Origin: a virus | Virus record (IMG/VR): IMGVR_UViG_3300045988_105566 | Reading direction: 5' to 3' (one strand) | Length of the DNA: 49,654 bases | In this document: in pieces, positions 33,181-41,418 of the stretch | Layout: every line of letters begins with the position of its first letter | Position numbering within the stretch: the first letter of the stretch is position 1 | Notes under the pieces: generated by a model | What the model was told of the DNA's origin: nothing | Databases searched by the model: none | What the model saw: the letters and a program-made list of their open reading frames with translations, nothing else | Translations under genes and position numbers: made by a program

Positions 33181-34320
33181 ATGGCGGAGATCAAAGAACC
33201 GATCCGGATCAGGCGCAAGAAGCTGACGAACGGGAACGTCAGCCTCTACCTCGACATCTACCTGAACGGAAAGCGGGAATACGAATTTCTGAAACTGTAC
33301 CTCATTCCCGAAAAGACAAAAGCCGACAGGGAGGCGAACCGGCAAACCCTCCAACTCGCCAACTCGATCAAGGCACGGCGCATCGTCGAGGTGCAGAACG
33401 GCGAGCATGGCTTCAAGTCGGCATACGCCTCCGACACCCTCTTCTTCGACTACTACCGTGCGATGTGCGCCCGGCGGCTCGGAGCGGAGAGTACCGGAAA
33501 TTGGGGGAATTGGAAATCATGCCTGAAACACCTCCAAAAATACGAGCCGAACGAGCGGATCAGGTTCTCGCAGATCACGCAGGAATGGGTGCAGGGATTT
33601 CGGGACTATTTAGAGAAAGATGCGTGCGCGTGGAGCTGCGACGAGCGGGATCGCATCAAGGATCATCCGCTGTCTCGCAATTCACGGGTCAGCTACTTCA
33701 ATAAACTGCGGGCCTGCCTGAATCAAGCATACGAGGATCGCATCATACCTATCAACCCCATGAGGGGCGTCGAGGGTTTCAAGGCCGAAGAGGGAACACG
33801 CATGTACCTGACCATCGAAGAGGTGCAGCGGCTCGCTCAAACAGAATGCGAATATCCGGCCATCAAGCGGGCGTTCCTGTTCTCCTGCCTGACGGGACTG
33901 CGCCGCTCCGACGTGATCCGTCTGACATGGGGCGATGTGCATCAGCAGGGAGAGTTCACTCGGATTATCTTCAAACAGAAGAAGACCAGCGGACAGGAAT
34001 ATCTCGACATCCCGCCGCAGGCCGCCGAACTCATGGGCGAGCGCGGCAAGGACGCCGAGCATATCTTCCCCAACATCCACTCTCCGAGTTGCACCAACGA
34101 AACGATCAAAAGGTGGGTATTGCGGGCCGGAATCCATAAGGATATAACCTTCCATTGCGGCCGCCACACGTTCGCGGTGATGATGCTCGACCTCGGAACC
34201 GATATTTATACGGTCAGCAAGCTACTCGGACATCGGGAGCTATCGACCACGCAGATTTACGCAAAGGTGCTCGACAAGAACAAGCAGGCAGCGGTCGCCA
34301 AGATACCCGACATATTCTAA
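33181..34320 (+). CDS. int: Tyrosine recombinase / phage integrase (Bacteroidota type)
   Basis: N-terminal IRIRRKKLTNGNVSLYLDIYLNGKREYEFLKLYL arm-binding-like domain. Catalytic LRRSD, HCGRHTF, LLGHRELSTTQIY. The ATG at 33181 is preceded by TTCAACGCA. The track ORF starts at 33112 and an alternative ATG lies at 33139. Confidence 0.9.
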   Translation: MAEIKEPIRIRRKKLTNGNVSLYLDIYLNGKREYEFLKLYLIPEKTKADREANRQTLQLANSIKARRIVEVQNGEHGFKSAYASDTLFFDYYRAMCARRLGAESTGNWGNWKSCLKHLQKYEPNERIRFSQITQEWVQGFRDYLEKDACAWSCDERDRIKDHPLSRNSRVSYFNKLRACLNQAYEDRIIPINPMRGVEGFKAEEGTRMYLTIEEVQRLAQTECEYPAIKRAFLFSCLTGLRRSDVIRLTWGDVHQQGEFTRIIFKQKKTSGQEYLDIPPQAAELMGERGKDAEHIFPNIHSPSCTNETIKRWVLRAGIHKDITFHCGRHTFAVMMLDLGTDIYTVSKLLGHRELSTTQIYAKVLDKNKQAAVAKIPDIF

Positions 34321-34325
34321 CGAAG

Positions 34326-34353
34326 AAAGGCATCGGTTTCGATGCCTTTTTCT
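34326..34353. terminator. Bidirectional terminator hairpin between convergent genes
   Basis: AAAGGCATCG-gttt-CGATGCCTTT, a 10-bp perfect stem with a T-run on the 3' side. Confidence 0.6.
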
Positions 34354-34621
34354 ATTGCTGGAACATCATGCCCCGTCCGGTCAGGAGCCATGTCGCGGAT
34401 ATGCCGCAATCCCGAACCAGCGGAACGAGCCATCCGACCTCGAAATAGCCACGATTGCGGTCTTTACGCTGCGTATAGAAATGAGGCGGAGCTATCGAAT
34501 TATCCCGGCAATATTCGGCGATACTCTTTATCAGCCGATTCTGTACGGCAATGTCGAACGCCGTGAAAAACCGCTCCATAATAGCCAACGTATTGTCGCT
34601 GTAAACCCGTCTGCGGCTCAT
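34352..34621 (-). CDS. CI-repressor-type HTH protein
   Basis: C-terminal ISATWLLTGRGMM is typical of phage CI HTH domains. Confidence 0.55.
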   Translation of the reverse strand: MSRRRVYSDNTLAIMERFFTAFDIAVQNRLIKSIAEYCRDNSIAPPHFYTQRKDRNRGYFEVGWLVPLVRDCGISATWLLTGRGMMFQQ

Positions 34622-35448
34622 TTCTTCTTCCCCTTGATTAGCGTCTTTTCCTCCGATTTAAGCCGTCGTTCGACTTTCTTCACATCTTCGCCCGCAGGGA
34701 GCTGTTCGGGGACGATACCCCGGCTCAAAAGCATATTGCGGACGGCGACGTTGTTATCGACATGCTCCTTTTCTATCGCCATCTGTCCGTGCAAATTCTT
34801 CTGCTCGGCATTTACAGAGGTCATTTCGGCGGCAAAATCTTTCGCTTTGATACCGATCGTCGGCAGAAAGTCGGCCAGCGGACGGGAATCGGGTGCACCG
34901 AGTTTGCGCTTTACCAATGCTGTATCAAGATGGAACAAAGCCCTATCCCCTTTCGACCGGATAATCGCAAAACCCCGGCTATCGACGCCGCGCTCATACA
35001 GGACGCCTGACAGTCGTTTTTCGGTTTCTGCCAGCTTCGCGCGAGCCTGCACCCGTTCGTAATCGAGGATTCTCTGCTGCACCAACTCCGCTCTACGGGT
35101 CTGCACAGCGAAATAGTTTTGTGCAAATGCGATCTGCGGCTTGCGGGGATCGCCGTTCTGCGCAATCAGGTAGCAGGCATAGCGGGTCAGCATATAATCA
35201 TCAATCTCGCGCTGCGCACCTTTGGCAAGTTCGATCATTTTCCCGACGCGGGGAAAATGATCCTCGACATGCTCTCCTGCGTTTACACACGCATCCCGCG
35301 CCTTTTCGATTACATTGTAGAATTTTTCCCACTTCGAATAGCCGAGAAGCCCGCAAAGTTCTCGCGCACTCCAACATTCGATCCCCTCATACTCATTGGC
35401 GATAGATTCGAACTGCTCGAACAACTCCTTTATCTCTTCTGTTTTCAT
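34618..35448 (-). CDS. dinD: DNA-damage-inducible protein D homologue
   Basis: WSARELCGLLGYSKW..., LTRYACYLIAQNGDPRKP and YFAVQTRRAEL align with the recalled E. coli DinD sequence. Confidence 0.75.
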   Translation of the reverse strand: MKTEEIKELFEQFESIANEYEGIECWSARELCGLLGYSKWEKFYNVIEKARDACVNAGEHVEDHFPRVGKMIELAKGAQREIDDYMLTRYACYLIAQNGDPRKPQIAFAQNYFAVQTRRAELVQQRILDYERVQARAKLAETEKRLSGVLYERGVDSRGFAIIRSKGDRALFHLDTALVKRKLGAPDSRPLADFLPTIGIKAKDFAAEMTSVNAEQKNLHGQMAIEKEHVDNNVAVRNMLLSRGIVPEQLPAGEDVKKVERRLKSEEKTLIKGKKK

Positions 35449-35459
35449 ATATCCGACCT

Positions 35460-35801
35460 CTATTTATTATTCTTTTCTATAATCCCGATGAGCCGATCCA
35501 TCTGCTCGTCCTTTTTTTCGAGCAGGGCGATGAATTTCTCCGACAGCGCATTGATCTGATTCGAATCACCCGATACCGCGATACCGTGATCCGTCGCTAC
35601 CGTATTCCCGCTACCCTCATAGAAATAACAAACACTTTTGTTGGTAACACGGGCAATATCCTCGATCAACCCACTTTTGACATCCTCGGATTTCAGGGCA
35701 CTATGCAGACGTTGATCCCCATTATGTCCGAGCATCCGCGCAACATCCGCAATTGTGATGCCCTCCGAGCGAAGTATGTCCTTTATCTTCTGTCCTGTCA
35801 T
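35460..35801 (-). CDS. HTH transcriptional repressor (CI-like lysogeny regulator candidate)
   Basis: N-terminal HTH (ITIADVARMLG). Divergent from the cro-like gene. Confidence 0.6.
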   Translation of the reverse strand: MTGQKIKDILRSEGITIADVARMLGHNGDQRLHSALKSEDVKSGLIEDIARVTNKSVCYFYEGSGNTVATDHGIAVSGDSNQINALSEKFIALLEKKDEQMDRLIGIIEKNNK

Positions 35802-35904
35802 ATATGTTTGTATATCACAATGTTATTCTTATTTAAACGCAAATCCCAATCTATGCCAAATATTTTTCTTTGCAGAAAACAAAGAAATATGTTGGTTATC
35901 CAAA

Positions 35905-35912
35905 CAAAAGTA
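35905..35912 (-). promoter_or_regulatory. Leftward -7 box (TActTTTG on the minus strand)
   Basis: The plus strand reads CAAAAGTA. Lies back-to-back with the rightward box. Confidence 0.4.
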
Positions 35913-35914
35913 TT

Positions 35915-35922
35915 TATCTTTG
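35915..35922 (+). promoter_or_regulatory. Rightward early -7 box (TAtcTTTG)
   Basis: Exact TAnnTTTG, about 100 nt upstream of the cro-like ATG. Confidence 0.4.
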
Positions 35923-36019
35923 CCCTTGCAATACGGGAAGATATTGACGCATCAATAAAATCCGTCGGGTGCAAATATATAAAAATAGTACCTAACAAGT
36001 GAATAATTATCGACGAAAT

Positions 36020-36265
36020 ATGAGCAGAACAGAGAAAAAATCATTTTTCGACCTCTATGCGGAGCAGAAAAAGAAGCCGACGCCCGCGCAGAATTTCATC
36101 GCCGAGATCGCTGCGCTCACGCATCGTTCCGAGAATACGGTCAAGATGTGGCTCTGCGGTCGGCAAGTCCCCGACGAGCTGACGCAGAGTATCATAGCCC
36201 GTCGCTACAACCTGAATATAAACGGCCTCTTCCCAAAATCGGAGGTGCAATCCAATGAAATATGA
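36020..36265 (+). CDS. Cro-like small HTH protein
   Basis: First rightward gene. FIAEIAALTHRSENTVKMWLCG is HTH-like. The track ORF begins at GTG 35999. Confidence 0.55.
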   Translation: MSRTEKKSFFDLYAEQKKKPTPAQNFIAEIAALTHRSENTVKMWLCGRQVPDELTQSIIARRYNLNINGLFPKSEVQSNEI

Positions 36266-36510
36266 AAGCTCTGCTGAATTGGCGATACTACGTTCTGATG
36301 GTCGTCGGTATGATCGCCGTTATCGGGACATTCTCCGTCCCCATAGACGACCAACCGCTCGGAGCATGGCTGCTCGCCCTGATAATCCCGAAGATCATCG
36401 GATTCGGGGCTTGGTATCTCATCTTTCGGATGTGCGACTATTGGGACGCTCGCGGGCTGATTCCCGAAATGTCGAAAACGATGCAGGAGGAGGACGACAC
36501 ATGGGAGTAG
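36262..36510 (+). CDS. Small two-TM membrane protein
   Basis: Two hydrophobic segments. 82 aa. Confidence 0.55.
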   Translation: MKALLNWRYYVLMVVGMIAVIGTFSVPIDDQPLGAWLLALIIPKIIGFGAWYLIFRMCDYWDARGLIPEMSKTMQEEDDTWE

Positions 36511-36773
36511 AGGAAAGATTGGAACGTATCGAGCGGCTTCTACTTCTCGGTTCGAAAGAGGTGCTCAATACCTCGGAGATCGCCCTGTTGCTCGGCATAT
36601 CCGAAAGCCGCGTGCGGCATTTGACGAGTGCAAAGAAGATTCCGCACTACAAGCAGGGCAACAAAATCTATTTCAGGAAAAAGGAGATCGAAGCATGGCA
36701 GCTTCAATCCCGCGTCCCGACCGACGATGAAATCCGCAGCAGGGGCACGACCTACGCCGTAACGCATAAATAG
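36501..36773 (+). CDS. Excisionase-family (MerR-like HTH_17) DNA-binding protein
   Basis: LNTSEIALLLGISESRVRHLTSAKKIPHYKQGNKIYFRKKEIEAW. The internal ATG at 36501 overlaps the previous stop. Confidence 0.6.
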   Translation: MGVEERLERIERLLLLGSKEVLNTSEIALLLGISESRVRHLTSAKKIPHYKQGNKIYFRKKEIEAWQLQSRVPTDDEIRSRGTTYAVTHK

Positions 36774-36780
36774 CAGAGAT

Positions 36781-37020
36781 ATGAACGACAACCCTAATAT
36801 TCAGGAATCCGAAAGCCAATGCAAGCGCATACTCGCCTACTTGCTGAACGGAAGCCGGATCACGAGCCTCGAAGCATTGCGGCTCTTCGGGTGCATGAGG
36901 CTCGCATCACGCATCAGCGACCTGCGGAAAAGCCATCCCGAAATCAAGTTCAAAGCAACGAGGGTTGAGACGACGACGGGGAAAAGGGTCGCTCAATATT
37001 ACATCGAGAGTATTCAGTAA
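36781..37020 (+). CDS. Small winged-helix-like protein
   Basis: ILAYLLNGSRITSLEALRLFGCMRLASRISDLRK resembles the recalled HTH_39-type domain. Confidence 0.4.
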   Translation: MNDNPNIQESESQCKRILAYLLNGSRITSLEALRLFGCMRLASRISDLRKSHPEIKFKATRVETTTGKRVAQYYIESIQ

Positions 37021-37038
37021 ACATTCAATTCAACGCAA

Positions 37039-39024
37039 ATGAAAACGGTAATTATCAAAGAAATCCGGCTCCTCAATTTCAAGGGGCTGCGCGATCTGAC
37101 GGTCGAGTTCGACCCTGCGCTCACGGAGATTTACGGGCGCAACGGCATCGGCAAAACTTCGATCTTCGACGGGTTCACATGGCTCCTGTTCGGCAAGAAC
37201 AGCGAGGACAGAAAACAGTTCGGCATCAAGACCTACGACGAGGCCGGAAACATCATCCCGAAACTCCCGCACGAGGTATCGGCCGTCCTGCTGGTCGATG
37301 GCGAGGTCGTAACCCTCTGCCGTCGGTTCAATGAAAAATGGACGAAGAAACGCGGCTCGGCGGTCGAGGAGTTCGTCGGACATGAAGAGGAACGCCTCTA
37401 CAACAACGTACCCTGCTCGGTCAAGGAGTGGAACGAGAAGATCGCCGCCATCTGTCCCGAACAGGTATTCAAGTTCATCACCCATCCCCTCTACTTCACA
37501 TCGCAGTCGGTAGATACGCAGCGGTCGATGCTCTTCCGTATGGCCGGAGGTATCACCGACGAGGAGATAGCCGCCGGAAATGCCGATTTTGCGGCCCTCC
37601 TTGCCTCGCTCACGGGTAAGACGATGGAGGAATACAAGAAAGAGATCGCCGCGAAAAAACGCCGTCTGAAAACCGAAATCGAGGCCATTCCCGAACGTAT
37701 CGACGAACGCCGCCGCGATGTGCCGGAGGCGGAGGATTGGGCGGCCCTCGAAGAAGAACTCCGCCAAAAACAAGAGGCACTCGCAAAGGTCGAGGAACAG
37801 ATTAACGACGCATCGAAAGCCTATGCCGCCGCGAATGAGGAACGGCTTGCAACGGTGCGCAAAATCAGCGACCTGAAAAACGAACGGCTGGCCCTCGAAC
37901 TCAAAATCAAGGACGAAGTACAGGCCCTCTACCGTTCCGACAAGGCCAAGCAGCGGGCCGCTGCCGAGGATTTGGAGCGGGCGAAGCGCGACAAAGCCGC
38001 CGCCGAGCGCGACCTCGCCAATGCCCGCCGAGAGGTAGAGGTATGCACCGATCGCCGCGCCGAGCTTATCAAGCAATGGCAATCAATCAATGCCCGCAAG
38101 CTCGTATTCGATGAGAACGAGTTTATTTGCCCGACCTGCAAGCGCCGTTTCGAGATCGAGGAGATCGAGAGCCGCCAGCAGGAGATTACCGAGAACTTCA
38201 ATCGCCGGAATGCCGCCGACCTCGAAGAGAACAATCGTCGCGGCAAGGAGAACAAACTCCGCATGGAGGAGGTGAATCAATATATCAGCGAAATCGAGGA
38301 AAAGATCGCCGAGCAGGTATCTATCATCTCCGAAATCGAAATGAGCGGCATCCTCACGGCAAAACTCATCGAACCCGACGCCACCCCGACCATCGCGGCC
38401 AACACCGAGTATATAGCACTCGGAGAACAGATCGCAGAACTCGAAAAGGAAGTTTCGCAGCCCATAGCCGCCACAGAGGATGATTTTTTACGCGAGGGAC
38501 GCGATTCTCTTACCGTCGGAATCGACGCGCTCAAATCGCGGCTGATGAAGCGCGAACAGATCGAGAAGAATAACCAGCGCATCGCCGAACTCGAAAAGTC
38601 TCTCCGGATGCAGTCGGAAGAACTCGCGCAGTTGGAGGGTATCGAGTTCACGATGGCAGCTTTCTCGAAAGCCCGCACGGAGGCCATCGAAAGCAAGATC
38701 AACGGGCTGTTCGACTTCGTGAAGTTCCGCCTCTTCGAGACACAGATCAACGGAGGTGAAGTGGAAACGTGCGAAGCAATGGTGAACGGCGTGCCGTTCT
38801 CCGATGCCAATACCGCAGGGCAATTCAACGCGGGTATCGACATCATCAACGCGATATGCCGTTTCGAGGGCATTTCCGCCCCGATTTTCGCCGATGGTTC
38901 GGAAAGCGTCAATACCCTGCATCCGACACAATCGCAGGTTATCCGCCTGTTCGTATCGCTCGACGACAAGCTCGTCATCAAGCACAACGGAAATCCGGCT
39001 CAACCGAAGAGCCTTTTCGACTAA
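37039..39024 (+). CDS. Rad50/SbcC-like ATPase with CxxC hook
   Basis: Walker A GRNGIGKTS at the N-terminus, a long central coiled coil containing CPTC, and a C-terminal Walker B-like region. Confidence 0.7.
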   Translation: MKTVIIKEIRLLNFKGLRDLTVEFDPALTEIYGRNGIGKTSIFDGFTWLLFGKNSEDRKQFGIKTYDEAGNIIPKLPHEVSAVLLVDGEVVTLCRRFNEKWTKKRGSAVEEFVGHEEERLYNNVPCSVKEWNEKIAAICPEQVFKFITHPLYFTSQSVDTQRSMLFRMAGGITDEEIAAGNADFAALLASLTGKTMEEYKKEIAAKKRRLKTEIEAIPERIDERRRDVPEAEDWAALEEELRQKQEALAKVEEQINDASKAYAAANEERLATVRKISDLKNERLALELKIKDEVQALYRSDKAKQRAAAEDLERAKRDKAAAERDLANARREVEVCTDRRAELIKQWQSINARKLVFDENEFICPTCKRRFEIEEIESRQQEITENFNRRNAADLEENNRRGKENKLRMEEVNQYISEIEEKIAEQVSIISEIEMSGILTAKLIEPDATPTIAANTEYIALGEQIAELEKEVSQPIAATEDDFLREGRDSLTVGIDALKSRLMKREQIEKNNQRIAELEKSLRMQSEELAQLEGIEFTMAAFSKARTEAIESKINGLFDFVKFRLFETQINGGEVETCEAMVNGVPFSDANTAGQFNAGIDIINAICRFEGISAPIFADGSESVNTLHPTQSQVIRLFVSLDDKLVIKHNGNPAQPKSLFD

Positions 39025-39053
39025 TAATCATTCACTTAAAATTCAACGCAATT

Positions 39054-39338
39054 ATGAAAACCGAAGAACAGAAAAGCGCATTTATCCTCCGCGTGGAGGA
39101 GATGGTAAAAGAGATCGAAACGCTGATGCAGGAGGGGGGGGGCAATGAGAGGTCTTGCATCCTCCTCGTAAACGAGAAGCCGCAAGACAGCGACATGACT
39201 ACCCAATGTATAGCGATCATGGGAAGCGGCAAAAGGCTGATCGAAAGCATGTCCGTATTCATCGAACGGCCCAACATGGCAGAAGTCGTGTCTCTCGGTG
39301 CAAAACTCGCCGCTCTTAAAAAACTCGCAGAAAATTAA
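39054..39338 (+). CDS. Hypothetical 94-aa protein containing a G9 tract
   Basis: The ATG is preceded by TTCAACGCA (39042..39050). Confidence 0.55.
   Translation: MKTEEQKSAFILRVEEMVKEIETLMQEGGGNERSCILLVNEKPQDSDMTTQCIAIMGSGKRLIESMSVFIERPNMAEVVSLGAKLAALKKLAEN
39134..39142 (+). repeat. G9 homopolymer inside a CDS
   Basis: Counted: gag ggg ggg ggc (E-G-G-G). Confidence 0.9.
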
Positions 39339-39358
39339 CATTCAAAATCAACTTTACA

Positions 39359-40273
39359 ATGAATCAAGCAATAGCAAAGCAGGATCGCCCCGTCGATCTG
39401 CTCAAAGCAACAATCAATGCTCCGTCGGTACAGGAGCAGTTCAAGAACGCCCTCGGCGAACACAAGGATACGTTCGTCGCATCGCTCATCGACCTCTATA
39501 CGGGCGACCGGTCGTTGCAGACCTGTAAGCCCTCGGTAGTCATCGCCGAAGCACTCCGCGCGGCGACCCTCCGCCTGCCTCTGAACAAGGCCCTCGGTTT
39601 CGCCTACATCGTGGTTTACAACAACTCGGTAAAACAGGCTGACGGCTCATGGGTCAAAGTCCCTACACCGACGTTCATCCCCGGCTACAAGGGCTATATC
39701 CAGCTCGCCATGCGAACGGGGCAGTACCGGACGATCAATGCCGATGTAGTCTATGAGGGCGAAGTCCGCAAGGTGAACAAGCTCACGGGAGAGATCGCTT
39801 TCGACGGCGAAAAGACCTCCGACAAGATCATCGGCTACTTCTGCTATTTCGAGCTGCTCAACGGCTTTTCCAAGACGCTCTATGTAACCGTCGAGGATAT
39901 GGCCGCCTACGCCAAGCGGTATTCTCCCTCCGTGAAGAAAGAAACGACCGTCGCGCAGCTCATCGCCAAAGCCAACGACGGCATCATCGGCAAGAAAGTC
40001 GGATGGGAGGGCAACTTCAACGACATGGCTCTGAAAACGGTGATTCGCCGCCTGCTGTCGAAATACGGCTATCTCTCCGTCGAGATGCAGAACGCGATGG
40101 CTCACGATGTCGAGGATGAGGCCATGTCGAACCGCAACGACACGCTCGATAATGCCGCAGCGCAGACGGTCGATCTCTCGGCAACGGAATACGAGGAGGT
40201 CGATACGGAAACGGGGGAAGTCAAGGAAACCGGATCGGAGCAGGCCGCACCCGCTCCTGCACCTGAATACTGA
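39359..40273 (+). CDS. recT: RecT-family single-strand annealing protein
   Basis: GYKGYIQLAMRTGQYRTINADVVYEGE core. Acidic C-terminal tail. Confidence 0.8.
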   Translation: MNQAIAKQDRPVDLLKATINAPSVQEQFKNALGEHKDTFVASLIDLYTGDRSLQTCKPSVVIAEALRAATLRLPLNKALGFAYIVVYNNSVKQADGSWVKVPTPTFIPGYKGYIQLAMRTGQYRTINADVVYEGEVRKVNKLTGEIAFDGEKTSDKIIGYFCYFELLNGFSKTLYVTVEDMAAYAKRYSPSVKKETTVAQLIAKANDGIIGKKVGWEGNFNDMALKTVIRRLLSKYGYLSVEMQNAMAHDVEDEAMSNRNDTLDNAAAQTVDLSATEYEEVDTETGEVKETGSEQAAPAPAPEY

Positions 40274-40290
40274 TCTGACGGCACGAGAGT

Positions 40291-41028
40291 ATGATCTTGA
40301 AATGTTTGGGGAGTTCATCACGGGGCAACTGCTACATCCTCGAAGCGGCCGATGAAACTTTGATCGTCGAGGCGGGAATACCGATGCGCGACATCAAAAA
40401 GGGTCTCGGCTGGCAGCTCGGCAAGGTGGTAGGATGCCTCGTATCTCACCGACACGAAGATCATGCAAGGTCGTTGAACGACTTTCTCACCTGCGGCATC
40501 CGCGTACTGGCTCTCGCCGATGTATTCGACGCCGCCAATCCGAGAAATCGCGTATTCTGCAAGATAATCGAACCGATGCACGGCTACAAAGTGGGAGGCT
40601 TCAAGGTCTTCGTACTGCCGGTCGTCCACGATGTGCCGTGCGTCGGGTTCGTCATCGAGCATCAGGAGATGGGACGCCTGCTTTTCATCACCGATACGAT
40701 GATGCTGGAATACCGGCTGCCGAACCTGAATCACATCATGATCGAGGCGAACTACTCCGATGCAATCTTGCAGCGCAATATCGACAGTGGGCGGATGCCT
40801 CCCGCCATGCGGGGACGGCTGCTGGGTTCGCACATGGAATTGCAGACGACGAAAGAGATTTTGCGGACGACCGACCTATCGGCGGCAAATGAGGTGATTT
40901 TACTGCATCTCTCCGACGGCAACAGCAATGCCAAAGGATTCGCCGAAGAAGTTCGGCAAATCGCCGGAAAACCGGCATATATCGCCCGTGCAGGATTGGA
41001 GGTCAATCTCGATAAAATGCCCTACTGA
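40291..41028 (+). CDS. Metallo-beta-lactamase-fold hydrolase (candidate nuclease)
   Basis: HxHxDH motif (SHRHEDHARS). 245 aa. Confidence 0.75.
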   Translation: MILKCLGSSSRGNCYILEAADETLIVEAGIPMRDIKKGLGWQLGKVVGCLVSHRHEDHARSLNDFLTCGIRVLALADVFDAANPRNRVFCKIIEPMHGYKVGGFKVFVLPVVHDVPCVGFVIEHQEMGRLLFITDTMMLEYRLPNLNHIMIEANYSDAILQRNIDSGRMPPAMRGRLLGSHMELQTTKEILRTTDLSAANEVILLHLSDGNSNAKGFAEEVRQIAGKPAYIARAGLEVNLDKMPY

Positions 41029-41029
41029 T

Positions 41030-41203
41030 ATGCGACCCGTGCCGAACGATATAGTTTCAACGCTGATCCGCTACCTGCCGCAGATACTCGAAAACGTGCA
41101 GATAGACAGCGGAAATACGCGGCTCATCAATGCCGTAAGACTGACAAAAAGGATTATTCCACGATTAAAGAAAATTGAGAATGAAAAAAATACCAAACCC
41201 TAA
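41030..41203 (+). CDS. Possible 57-aa ORF
   Basis: The ATG lies 2 nt after the MBL stop. Fills a gap. No motif. Confidence 0.3.
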   Translation: MRPVPNDIVSTLIRYLPQILENVQIDSGNTRLINAVRLTKRIIPRLKKIENEKNTKP

Positions 41204-41405
41204 CGGAAACAAATTCGTCTTGCCAAAGGGATATACTGACCTCGGATGGCAACTCGATTTTAATGCTTCCGAACTAAAAAAATGCAGGGAAGCCGGGCAT
41301 ATCCGGCGGAAGTTCGATAATTCCAAATACCTGTATCGGTGTAACGATGTGGTATATATCTGCGATCAATGCAAGAATGTACACCATGTCGATATGAGTG
41401 ATTAA
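41181..41405 (+). CDS. Small Cys-containing protein
   Basis: MKKIPNPNG...CDQCKNVHH. Confidence 0.45.
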   Translation: MKKIPNPNGNKFVLPKGYTDLGWQLDFNASELKKCREAGHIRRKFDNSKYLYRCNDVVYICDQCKNVHHVDMSD

Positions 41406-41418
41406 AAAATCGAATGCA

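Noticed and set aside
37030-38082. 350-aa minus-strand ORF
   Set aside because: Antisense to the Rad50-like ATPase, which has clear Walker A and hook motifs. The same reasoning applies to 13778..14659(-), 16098..16949(-), 21446..21997(-), 3245..3979(+) and its mirror 45676..46410(-).
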